A stretch of DNA of 28,067 bases from a virus (Duplodnaviria; Caudoviricetes): positions 1 to 28,067 of the IMG/VR virus record IMGVR_UViG_3300031519_000167. One strand, written 5' to 3'. The notes beneath the pieces are model-generated. The model searched no databases and was not told the origin of the DNA. It was given only the letters and a program-made list of their open reading frames with translations. How positions within the stretch are numbered: the first letter of the stretch is position 1; each line of letters opens with the position of its first letter. Positions 9,063 to 16,777 of the stretch are shown here, piece after piece. A program made the translations under genes and the position numbers.

Positions 9063-9278
9063 ATGATAAATTGGTACAGTAAAGAAGAAATGGGTGGTGG
9101 CTTTCAATACAATGAAAAAGATCACGAAAAGTTTAGTTATAATTCGTTGCTAGAGACTAAGCCTGAAGAGGAAAACACCATGAGAACTTGCTATCTAGTT
9201 AGAGATTGTTGGAATGATGATCAGATAGTTAAGCTTAGGGATTACATTAATTCAATTATAGAGAGTAGGAAAGAATAA
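9063..9278 (+). CDS. Hypothetical protein
   Basis: AGGAG RBS; TAATG coupling to the next ORF. Confidence 0.7.
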   Translation: MINWYSKEEMGGGFQYNEKDHEKFSYNSLLETKPEEENTMRTCYLVRDCWNDDQIVKLRDYINSIIESRKE

Positions 9279-9592
9279 TGACAAACAAGTACAGAACCAA
9301 AGAACAGATAGCTAAAGATGATTTACTCTTTTCTACTTGTTGTGTGTGTGGTGATAAGCTAAGGGCATCTAAGCAACCTCGTGTTTCAGCTAAGAGATGT
9401 GCAGAATGTAAAGGTGATGGTCAATCAGATAACGCTGAAGTAAAGAAGTTGTTTAAGGAATTGCGATCTAAAAAGATTGAACCATCTGAAGATGAGATGA
9501 CCTTTGAAGATAACCCTAGTGCAGTTAAAGAGAAAGACTACACTAGGTTCTTTAGCCAAAGTATTAGTAATGGAAAGGGAGTTGATTTATAA
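9278..9592 (+). CDS. Small zinc-finger hypothetical protein
   Basis: CCVCG...CAEC; TAATG coupling on both sides. Confidence 0.7.
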   Translation: MTNKYRTKEQIAKDDLLFSTCCVCGDKLRASKQPRVSAKRCAECKGDGQSDNAEVKKLFKELRSKKIEPSEDEMTFEDNPSAVKEKDYTRFFSQSISNGKGVDL

Positions 9593-9789
9593 TGGCATTT
9601 AAATATAGAATAGGAGCAGATGTTCAGGGTGCAGAATATATGCAAGGTAATCTTATTGAAATAGCAGAGGGTAAAATAATAAAAAGAAAAAGATGGAGTA
9701 ATGAAAATTGGTACACTATAAATAGTGGCAAAAATTCTTACGTCTTTTTGGAAGATGATTTAATGGAGATAATAGATGATATATCTTGA
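9592..9789 (+). CDS. Hypothetical protein
   Basis: 65 aa, AAGGGAG RBS, coupled to neighbours. Confidence 0.65.
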   Translation: MAFKYRIGADVQGAEYMQGNLIEIAEGKIIKRKRWSNENWYTINSGKNSYVFLEDDLMEIIDDIS

Positions 9790-10936
9790 ATTATTCTCAG
9801 GTGGTAGTGTAGCTAGGCAATCTGTAAAAGAATTAGGTTTGCCCGTTACTAGATGGTATTCCTCAGAAATTAATAAGTATCCTATTCAGATAGCTAACGA
9901 TAACCATGATGATCTTATTCATCTAGGTGGTGTCGAGGGTGTACTAGATAAGCTAGTCTCACACAAAGACATTGATGTTATCTTTTGTGGCTCACCTTGT
10001 CAGGGTTTTTCAGTTGCAGGAAAACAGTTAAATTTTCAGCACGAACAATCCAAACTGTTCTTCACGTTCCTTAATATCTACAAGGCTATCTATACTGCCA
10101 ATCCTCATGTCAAGCTACTCTTTGAAAATGTCAAGATGAAAAAGGAATGGGAAGATATTATCCTATCTAAACTACAAGACATTAATCCAAAGCTGAAGCT
10201 ACACATTATTAATTCAGCTTTAGTATCTGCACAACGTAGAGTTCGTATGTACATAACTGACATAGAGTTTAACATGCCTGAAGATAGGAACATTGTGCTT
10301 AAGGACATTATCGAATGTGGTTGTGTGGACAGAAACAAATCCTACTGTCTAGATGCAAACTATTGGAAAGGTGGTAACCTGAAGATGTACTTTGAGAAGT
10401 CAAGAAGACAGTTAGTCTTTGGTGATGGTTGTCACCAAGTAGGAGTAGCTGATCTTAAAGGCTATGACATTATCAAACGTGTCTATTCTGTTGAAGGCAA
10501 GTGTCCTACCTTAACGACTATGCAAGGTGGTCACAGAGAACCTAAGATACTCTGCAACTCTGCATCAATCACGGGCAGAAGAATAGATAGCAATGGTGTC
10601 CGTAAAGATGATGACACTAACCTACCTATAGTTCAAACCCTTGAGGTATCTAAGTCAGATAAAGCTAGGTGCTTGTCTACCTTAACTAAGGATACAGTTG
10701 TATCACCTTTACCAAGTGGTAGATACCCTGATGCTTATGGAGAACATAAATTACATTGGAGAAAGTTAACTGTTAAGGAATGTTGTAGGTTGCAAACCCT
10801 ACCTGATGACTACTGTAAGTCTGTCAGTAATAGTCAGGGTTACAAGATGCTTGGCAATGGTTGGAATAACGAAACTATCAAGTGCATCTTAAAAGGTTTG
10901 ACAACAGACTATGAATGGATTAAGGAATTAGCTTGA
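9776..10936 (+). CDS. DNA (cytosine-5)-methyltransferase, no cognate restriction enzyme nearby
   Basis: Motif I ELFSGG, IV GSPCQGFS, VI FENV, VIII QRRVR, IX LTVKECCRLQ, X LGNGW. Confidence 0.93.
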   Translation: MIYLELFSGGSVARQSVKELGLPVTRWYSSEINKYPIQIANDNHDDLIHLGGVEGVLDKLVSHKDIDVIFCGSPCQGFSVAGKQLNFQHEQSKLFFTFLNIYKAIYTANPHVKLLFENVKMKKEWEDIILSKLQDINPKLKLHIINSALVSAQRRVRMYITDIEFNMPEDRNIVLKDIIECGCVDRNKSYCLDANYWKGGNLKMYFEKSRRQLVFGDGCHQVGVADLKGYDIIKRVYSVEGKCPTLTTMQGGHREPKILCNSASITGRRIDSNGVRKDDDTNLPIVQTLEVSKSDKARCLSTLTKDTVVSPLPSGRYPDAYGEHKLHWRKLTVKECCRLQTLPDDYCKSVSNSQGYKMLGNGWNNETIKCILKGLTTDYEWIKELA

Positions 10937-10965
10937 AAGAAAATGTACGAAACTATGGAGAGATC

Positions 10966-11154
10966 GTGACGAGACAATCAATTAGTTTAGATGAACATCT
11001 TGTAGACTGTGTGGCTGAATACAGAAAGTTAAGGCAACTACAATATGATCATGAATGGGAAGATCAAAATGATAAGGCTAACTTTTACAAACACCAAAGT
11101 ATGTACTTTAAAAAGTTAGTTAAAGATGGTGTGTTATATCAACCAAAATTTTAG
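10966..11154 (+). CDS. Hypothetical protein
   Basis: The ORF track starts at 10933, but GGAG at 10957-10960 favours GTG 10966. Confidence 0.6.
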   Translation: MTRQSISLDEHLVDCVAEYRKLRQLQYDHEWEDQNDKANFYKHQSMYFKKLVKDGVLYQPKF

Positions 11155-11162
11155 GAGAGATC

Positions 11163-11378
11163 GTGATGACAAGTAAATTAAATGTGTTTCAAAAGAACAA
11201 TGCTATAAGGGAGTATGTAACTGATCTGTATTGGGAGTATGATAGAATGTCTAGTAGTGGTCAATCTACACTAGATAGTCTAGCTAAGTTATATGGTGTT
11301 GAAACTAATCAACAGTTAGAACAACGTCTATCTAAGATGTCAAAGGAAGAAATGAAACAAGAATTGGAGAGATCGTGA
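11163..11378 (+). CDS. Hypothetical phage protein
   Basis: RBS present; LYWEYDRMSSSGQ.TLD segment resembles small phage proteins. Confidence 0.7.
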   Translation: MMTSKLNVFQKNNAIREYVTDLYWEYDRMSSSGQSTLDSLAKLYGVETNQQLEQRLSKMSKEEMKQELERS

Positions 11379-12331
11379 TGACTAAGTATTATTCAAGAAG
11401 TAAGCAGAAGTTTGTGGATATTGAGCAGATGCCTGATCAGTATGTCAGAAATGCTTTTGTTAAGATGTGCAAACATGAACCTACAGAAGATGTTATCTTT
11501 GCTCAACAACAAAAAGAAAGAGCAGATAACTATAAGAAACTTGCAGAAGATAATTTTATATCAGGTGTAGGTGATTTAGACGAAAGAGAAAAACTAACTG
11601 AACAAGTTACTGAACTAAAGAAACAGTTAAATAACACTACCTACCAACCCTACGATAAGCAAGGTAGGGTTAGAGATTATCAGGTGGAGTTTACTAAGCT
11701 AGCTAAGGAACGAGATAAGTGGAAAGAGAAATCTATGAATATGATAGAGAAGAGTACACACACAGAACTTGAAATGGAAAATGTACGTCTTGTTGCTCAG
11801 CTTGAACATGATGAACATAACGTAGGTAAGTTAGATGATACTGTATCTAAAGACACCTACCAAGTGATGTGGGATAATTGTCAGGTGTTGCAGAATGAAA
11901 GAGCTAAACTTTTAAAAGAAAGCAACGAACTAAAAGAATCTCTTAGGCAAGCTAATCTTACACCTACTGTATCCACCAAAGCCTACGATATAGCGTGGAA
12001 GAACATTGACGAACTTAACGATCAAGTGAAAAGGTTGTTGGATCGTAATGCAGTTCTTAGTCGCATGTACAACAATAGCCTATCTAGCAATGCAATCATA
12101 GGTGATGTCAAAATGTTTAGCGAGATACCTAACAATCCTGATGGTGATACGTTTATTTATCTTCTTAGGAAGTACCTAAATAATGTCAGCTATAAGATAA
12201 GAGTACGTGGTCAGTATCTAGATGAAGAAACCAAAAAGACAGAGGGTTGGAGAAAGTATGAAAGAGGTCAGCCTATCGAGAAGTCTAAGTGTCTTAGGGT
12301 TTATGTTGATACAAAGAAAGAGGTTGACTAG
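11375..12331 (+). CDS. Coiled-coil hypothetical protein with internal repeats
   Basis: 318 aa, heptad-rich; TVSKDTYQVMWDN / TVSTKAYDIAWKN repeat. Confidence 0.8.
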   Translation: MMTKYYSRSKQKFVDIEQMPDQYVRNAFVKMCKHEPTEDVIFAQQQKERADNYKKLAEDNFISGVGDLDEREKLTEQVTELKKQLNNTTYQPYDKQGRVRDYQVEFTKLAKERDKWKEKSMNMIEKSTHTELEMENVRLVAQLEHDEHNVGKLDDTVSKDTYQVMWDNCQVLQNERAKLLKESNELKESLRQANLTPTVSTKAYDIAWKNIDELNDQVKRLLDRNAVLSRMYNNSLSSNAIIGDVKMFSEIPNNPDGDTFIYLLRKYLNNVSYKIRVRGQYLDEETKKTEGWRKYERGQPIEKSKCLRVYVDTKKEVD

Positions 12332-12385
12332 GTAGTTTGTCTGTAGTAATTGTTGGTTTCATTTTAAACTTAGGAGAGATAAGAT

Positions 12386-12733
12386 ATGAGTAGAGAACAT
12401 TTTGTGGAAAGCCACTTAGAAGATAGGGTAAACGAGTTAATCTACATTGATAATTTGTCAGAGGAAGACGCTATCCAAACTGCTACTAGTGAGCATGATG
12501 GTCAAGTTAATCTAGTTGAAGATAAAGCACTAAGGATAAACGAAAAGCAGATGGCTATCCAAAAAGAACTTAGGCAAGGTTTGTATCCAAGTGAGATAGT
12601 CTTATCTAAGGTAGTTGATCATCTTCAGGCTCACTACAATTCAGATAGCGAAAGCACAGTAGTTAAAGAGTTCTGTCGTGAGTTACTAAAAAAGATCAAT
12701 GACGATACTTTGGAGGTAGCCAATGCAGAGTGA
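12386..12733 (+). CDS. Hypothetical protein
   Basis: AGGAG RBS, 115 aa. Confidence 0.75.
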   Translation: MSREHFVESHLEDRVNELIYIDNLSEEDAIQTATSEHDGQVNLVEDKALRINEKQMAIQKELRQGLYPSEIVLSKVVDHLQAHYNSDSESTVVKEFCRELLKKINDDTLEVANAE

Positions 12734-12875
12734 AATTTCTCAATGTTGGAGTTGTAAGTCTATCTTTCATGTTAGTGAGTTAATGGTAACTGAAGATGGG
12801 AAAGATTGTCCTTTGTGTTGTACAGATAATCTAGTTAATATAGATGATCTACCTGAAGATAGGGAGGACAGATAA
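12723..12875 (+). CDS. Small zinc-ribbon protein (50 aa)
   Basis: Not in the ORF track: MQSEISQCWSCKSIF...KDCPLCCTDN...REDR*; GGAGG RBS at 12712; TAATG coupling to the next gene. Confidence 0.75.
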   Translation: MQSEISQCWSCKSIFHVSELMVTEDGKDCPLCCTDNLVNIDDLPEDREDR

Positions 12876-13267
12876 TGAATAAGATTGCACGTATCCACGT
12901 TAACCAACACGTGATCAAAGCTAATGCAAAGAATGGAGAAAACAATCCTATCTTTACAGTTAAGCAAGGTGGCAATAATACCTATGCCCATAATGTCAAA
13001 GTCAAAGGTGAGATGGAGTTAGTTTACTCACCTGATAAGCCACTTTCTTGTGGTGCTAAGGTTTGGATAGAAACTAAAGGTAACATAGAAGTAGATGGCA
13101 AAATATTGTCAGCCTATGCTTCAGATGAAGAACCTTTAATGACAGTAAAAGGAGAAACGTGGATAAAAAAGATTTATTCAGGTGGGCATTTTGAAATGGA
13201 ATTTTTAAGAAAAAAGGAAAGGCAAATAAGAAATAAAAATAAATTTAATGCTTGTTTAGCTAGTTAA
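12875..13267 (+). CDS. Conserved-looking phage hypothetical protein
   Basis: IHVNQHVIKAN...YSPDKPLSCGAKVWIET; GGAGG RBS. Confidence 0.75.
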   Translation: MNKIARIHVNQHVIKANAKNGENNPIFTVKQGGNNTYAHNVKVKGEMELVYSPDKPLSCGAKVWIETKGNIEVDGKILSAYASDEEPLMTVKGETWIKKIYSGGHFEMEFLRKKERQIRNKNKFNACLAS

Positions 13268-13344
13268 GATAGTTTAACAATAAACCTATCTACTAATTAA
13301 GGTAGGTTAACCAAAAGGCTTTTAGCCTAGAAAGAAGAAATATT

Positions 13345-14364
13345 ATGGATAGCATAATAACAGTCGATCAAGAAAAATCTTTACGATCAAATACAATTCA
13401 TGAACATGGAAATCCTTTTGATGTTTCTTTGTTTGAGGATAATGCAAAAATAAAAAGAATACCTTTATTTGCATTTGATGAAGATCAATACGGAATTGGA
13501 AACCAAGTTAAGCTAAATAATTATTCAGGTTTGTATAATGAAAGTTTAGGTGAAGTTTTACAAAGCCGACCAATTGCAGATACCTATAAATTAGTACCTC
13601 ATGAAAGTTTATTCTTTGAGCAAGCTAAGATATTAGACCAAACTGATTTACCAAAACAAAATATAAGAGTTGTAGATAAGTTAGTTAATGGTGGCTTGCA
13701 AGCACAAAGAACAATCTATTATGATGATCTATCTGTTCCCGTTTCAAATTCTAGAGATATAGTTAAAGCAAGAATTGACGTATTTAATTCTGTGGATACG
13801 TCTTGGGCTTTCCAAGTTTTCTCAGGAGCATATCGAGATTTATGCAGAAACACTTTAGTATTTGGTGGTGAGAAATCCTATCATCAAAAGAAAAAGCATA
13901 CCTTAAATCTGTCGCCAAGTGCTATGGTTCAAAAAGCAGGTTTGGGTTTATCCATGTGGCATCATCAAAAAGATTTAATGCTTAATTGGAGAGGAGTAGA
14001 AATTACTGATCAACAATTTGCAGACATGTTAAAAGAAACTATCTGTGTTAAGAAAAGTAAATCTGCTCAGGTTGGTATTAATCCCGTCAATGAAACCAAG
14101 ATGAATTACTTACTTCAGTTATTTGATGAAGAAAAGAAAGAGCTAGGTTCTACTCTTTGGGGTGCTTACAATGCCTTAACTCATTGGTCAACACATACTG
14201 ATCACCAAGTATCAAGATACAATCCTGAAACTTTAAAGATCGATAATATACGTGGTGGTCGAACTAATGCCAACAAGCCTAATGTTGAAAGACAACGTGC
14301 AGATGTAGTCAGGGAATTATTGACTAGTGATGCTTGGCAGTCTTTAGAAATGGCTAGTGCTTAA
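13345..14364 (+). CDS. DUF932/DUF945-like phage/plasmid protein
   Basis: Y..VPH, FNS.D.S, R.LC.N and G.TLWGAYNALT.W..H motifs. Confidence 0.75.
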   Translation: MDSIITVDQEKSLRSNTIHEHGNPFDVSLFEDNAKIKRIPLFAFDEDQYGIGNQVKLNNYSGLYNESLGEVLQSRPIADTYKLVPHESLFFEQAKILDQTDLPKQNIRVVDKLVNGGLQAQRTIYYDDLSVPVSNSRDIVKARIDVFNSVDTSWAFQVFSGAYRDLCRNTLVFGGEKSYHQKKKHTLNLSPSAMVQKAGLGLSMWHHQKDLMLNWRGVEITDQQFADMLKETICVKKSKSAQVGINPVNETKMNYLLQLFDEEKKELGSTLWGAYNALTHWSTHTDHQVSRYNPETLKIDNIRGGRTNANKPNVERQRADVVRELLTSDAWQSLEMASA

Positions 14365-14447
14365 TGACTGAATTAATTGCTACAATTTATAAGCTATGTA
14401 TGATCATCATTATTTTGGTGATCATATCCTCTATATTTTTAATCTAA
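14364..14447 (+). CDS. Small single-TM membrane peptide (27 aa)
   Basis: Not in the ORF track: MTELIATIYKLCMIIIILVIISSIFLI*; TAATG-coupled and fills the gap. Confidence 0.55.
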   Translation: MTELIATIYKLCMIIIILVIISSIFLI

Positions 14448-14462
14448 TCAGGAGAATAAAAA

Positions 14463-14921
14463 ATGAAAAGATATCATTTAAATAAGATGTCAGATTTGTT
14501 AGAAACTTTATCTATAGTATCTAACAATGCTAAAAATAAAGGTCATAGGTCAGGCTTTAGATGCCATGAACTAGCTAAGCAACTAGCAGATCAATTTCAG
14601 GTATTCTTGCCTACACTTGACACCATTGTTAAAAATAAAGAAGTCAAAAACAAAGCAAATAATATGCACGTTATGACAAATGGTGAACACCAAATATATC
14701 AGGTTATTAGACATTCAGGGTTTCTTAAGATGTCAGAAATTGCAACGTCAGACAAGCACAACAAATCCAAGAACACCACTAGACAATACGTTCACATCTT
14801 GCAGAAAAAAGGGTTTGTTAAATCTATTGATGTAATTGGAAAGAACCATAAATATTATAAAGCAATACCTTTACATTTTACAACTATGGATCAGCATTTA
14901 ATATCTAATTTAATTAGTTGA
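14463..14921 (+). CDS. Winged helix-turn-helix domain protein
   Basis: C-terminal IYQVI...MSEIA...SKNTTRQYVHILQKKGFV...KYY; AGGAG RBS. Confidence 0.7.
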   Translation: MKRYHLNKMSDLLETLSIVSNNAKNKGHRSGFRCHELAKQLADQFQVFLPTLDTIVKNKEVKNKANNMHVMTNGEHQIYQVIRHSGFLKMSEIATSDKHNKSKNTTRQYVHILQKKGFVKSIDVIGKNHKYYKAIPLHFTTMDQHLISNLIS

Positions 14922-14947
14922 CATGAATTATTAAATAATATTACAAT
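14918..14947 (+). promoter_or_regulatory. Sigma70-type promoter
   Basis: TTGACA (14918-14923), 18 nt, TACAAT (14942-14947). Confidence 0.6.
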
Positions 14948-14950
14948 TAG

Positions 14951-14983
14951 CCATCTTCAGGATATCTTGGAGGTGGTTTTTTT
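14951..14983 (+). terminator. Intrinsic terminator
   Basis: CCATCTTCAGGA / TCTTGGAGGTGG stem with G.U pairs, followed by T7. Confidence 0.75.
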
Positions 14984-15015
14984 AAACCTATAACTTTATA
15001 AAAGGATTTCTTACA

Positions 15016-15378
15016 ATGGAAACAAAAACATATTTAATTAAACATGAATATAATTATAAGGATAAAAAATTAGACAGTATTTCAGGGTCAACAATTACAG
15101 TACAATTTAAGATCATGGATAGTCTTGCAGTTTTAGAAATAGTTGGAACTTTAAAAGGTCGAACTCATGAAGAAATTAAGCATGTAATTATCTGTCATAA
15201 AGATCAGGATTTATTAGTTCTTAATACTAAAGACGATCAAATAGATAATCAGGGTCAAGAGTTTGATAAAGATAGAGTTAGATTTGAACCTACCTATGAA
15301 GAAAATAAAATAGATCATGGGCAATTTGATAATAGAGGTCAGGTTGATCTTGAAGAACTAATAAAGGAGCAAAGTTAA
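15016..15378 (+). CDS. Hypothetical protein
   Basis: AAAGGA RBS, 120 aa. Confidence 0.75.
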   Translation: METKTYLIKHEYNYKDKKLDSISGSTITVQFKIMDSLAVLEIVGTLKGRTHEEIKHVIICHKDQDLLVLNTKDDQIDNQGQEFDKDRVRFEPTYEENKIDHGQFDNRGQVDLEELIKEQS

Positions 15379-15530
15379 TGAATAGAATAGCAAATAGAAA
15401 TAAATCAGACTTTGTATTATTCCTTAAGGATTTATATCTCATCTTTTCTTTAATGTGCATTGGCTTCACTCTCAGCTATTTTGTTTCTTTATCTATGGGC
15501 TTAGATACTAATTTAAGTTGGGGGGTTTAA
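15378..15530 (+). CDS. Small membrane protein (50 aa)
   Basis: Not in the ORF track: MNRIANRNKSDFVLFLKDLYLIFSLMCIGFTLSYFVSLSMGLDTNLSWGV*; AAGGAG RBS and TAATG coupling. Confidence 0.65.
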   Translation: MNRIANRNKSDFVLFLKDLYLIFSLMCIGFTLSYFVSLSMGLDTNLSWGV

Positions 15531-15532
15531 TC

Positions 15533-15718
15533 ATGGCTTATTTCTTTAAGTGTAAAGTTTGCGACCATAAAGAAACCTTTCAAGATACTTTTGAAATACC
15601 TTTAGTGGCTTTAGAGGGTTCGCTTGCAGATTATGAAAGTGTAATATGCAATGGTTGCATTACTAACAAAATAAGATTAAAAGGTAATTATATAATAATC
15701 AATAGGAGAACAAATTAA
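15533..15718 (+). CDS. Small zinc-finger protein
   Basis: CKVC...CNGC; start ATG 15533 after GGGGG. Confidence 0.65.
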   Translation: MAYFFKCKVCDHKETFQDTFEIPLVALEGSLADYESVICNGCITNKIRLKGNYIIINRRTN

Positions 15719-16080
15719 TGACTATACAATATTATGAAAGATCACATATAAACCAAGATTGTTCAGCAGTTCAAGATAAAGTTTATTCTGCGATAGTTAA
15801 GAACTTTACTAGCTCTCGATCAGGTAAAGCAATTGCTAATCAGTTTGTTATTACGATTGAGAATGGTGATACAATCTTTCAGAGTTATGAAAGTATTATT
15901 GCAATTAAAACATTCTGTGGAAAGGTTCTAGTCGATTGCGATAGATGGGATTATTCAAATACAACGTCAAGATATAGAAAGATATTTCTTGGAGAAAGCA
16001 CCAAAGAGACTAAAGAGAAGATAGATAATGGAACTTATCTTTTAACAGACTTGAATGGTTGTATGCGAAAATATAGATAA
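15718..16080 (+). CDS. Conserved-looking phage hypothetical protein
   Basis: ANQF...FQSY.S.IA...WDYSNTTSRY motif; AGGAG RBS. Confidence 0.75.
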   Translation: MTIQYYERSHINQDCSAVQDKVYSAIVKNFTSSRSGKAIANQFVITIENGDTIFQSYESIIAIKTFCGKVLVDCDRWDYSNTTSRYRKIFLGESTKETKEKIDNGTYLLTDLNGCMRKYR

Positions 16081-16107
16081 CTTTCAGTTAATAAACCACT
16101 TCCCCAA

Positions 16108-16139
16108 GCCTCCTAGATTAGTTTCTAGGGGGTTTTTTT
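16108..16139 (+). terminator. Intrinsic terminator ending the early region
   Basis: CCTCCTAGA-ttagtt-TCTAGGGGG followed by T7. Confidence 0.85.
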
Positions 16140-16247
16140 GTGTGTTGGTACAAATAATACTTAAACTGTTGGTATTGCTCAGGGTTGAGCTATTCGGTTG
16201 TTTGGGTTATTGCTCGCAATGGTAGTCAAGTTAAACCTTTATCGGGT

Positions 16248-16544
16248 GTTACTTGTACAATAAATGAGCCACTAGGGGTAAACTTGTCAGCCATATTAAA
16301 ATTAACTCTCGCATGATCATCAAAGGGAATATAAAAGGTTGATCTTTGGTCTATGGTTAGCCTTTGGCAATGGCAAGCGTATTGGTCGTATCATTGATAG
16401 TATTTATATATATTTCTTTTGGGGGAGTGTAAGGGACACTGGGGGGTACACCAGTACCTGTTAGCAATGTTGACATATTTTTACTAGAATGAGTTACTTG
16501 TACAGACTATTCGCATCCCGTTGGGTGTCCCTGTGGGTGTCCCT
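16248..16544. repeat. Cluster of short direct and inverted repeats in the non-coding junction
   Basis: GTTACTTGTACA at 16248-16259 and 16493-16504; TGGGTGTCCCT at 16522-16532 and 16534-16544; inverted AGGGACAC at 16432-16439. Confidence 0.8.
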
Positions 16545-16593
16545 ATGGTACAGAGGGGAGTGGGAGTGTATGTATCCCGGCGTGTATACTCCG

Positions 16594-16621
16594 ATTATAT
16601 CGTTCTTATCAGATTTGTCAA
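16594..16621 (-). promoter_or_regulatory. Consensus sigma70 promoter pointing leftward into non-coding DNA
   Basis: TTGACA (16621-16616), 16 nt, TATAAT (16599-16594). Confidence 0.7.
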
Positions 16622-16647
16622 CATTTATTTTTTTATTTACTATATAG

Positions 16648-16676
16648 TTGACATACCTGTACTTAATTAGTATACT
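16648..16676 (+). promoter_or_regulatory. Sigma70 promoter for the packaging/structural operon
   Basis: TTGACA (16648-16653), 17 nt, TATACT (16671-16676). Confidence 0.8.
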
Positions 16677-16777
16677 TGTGGTATCAAGGCTAGTTTCGGG
16701 CAGCAGCAATCAAACAATCAACCGTGCTTTGGCTCAAGCTTAACGCCCTTGACATATTTCAACAAGAGATAAAGACC

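Larger units (their letters stand above)
10957..11382 (+). repeat. Three copies of GGAGAGATCGTGA at consecutive gene starts
   Basis: 10957-10969, 11154-11170 and 11366-11382; the last two are identical over 17 bp (GGAGAGATCGTGATGAC). Confidence 0.85.

Noticed and set aside
10957-11382. Repeats as a mini CRISPR array
   Set aside because: Repeats are 13-17 bp, about 200 bp apart, and separated by ORFs.
16470-16490. TTGACA and TAGAAT as a promoter
   Set aside because: Spacer is only 9 nt.
16494-16709. 71-aa minus-strand ORF with HRDT repeats
   Set aside because: It starts upstream of and runs through both promoters, has no RBS, and the repeats come from the DNA 12-mer.
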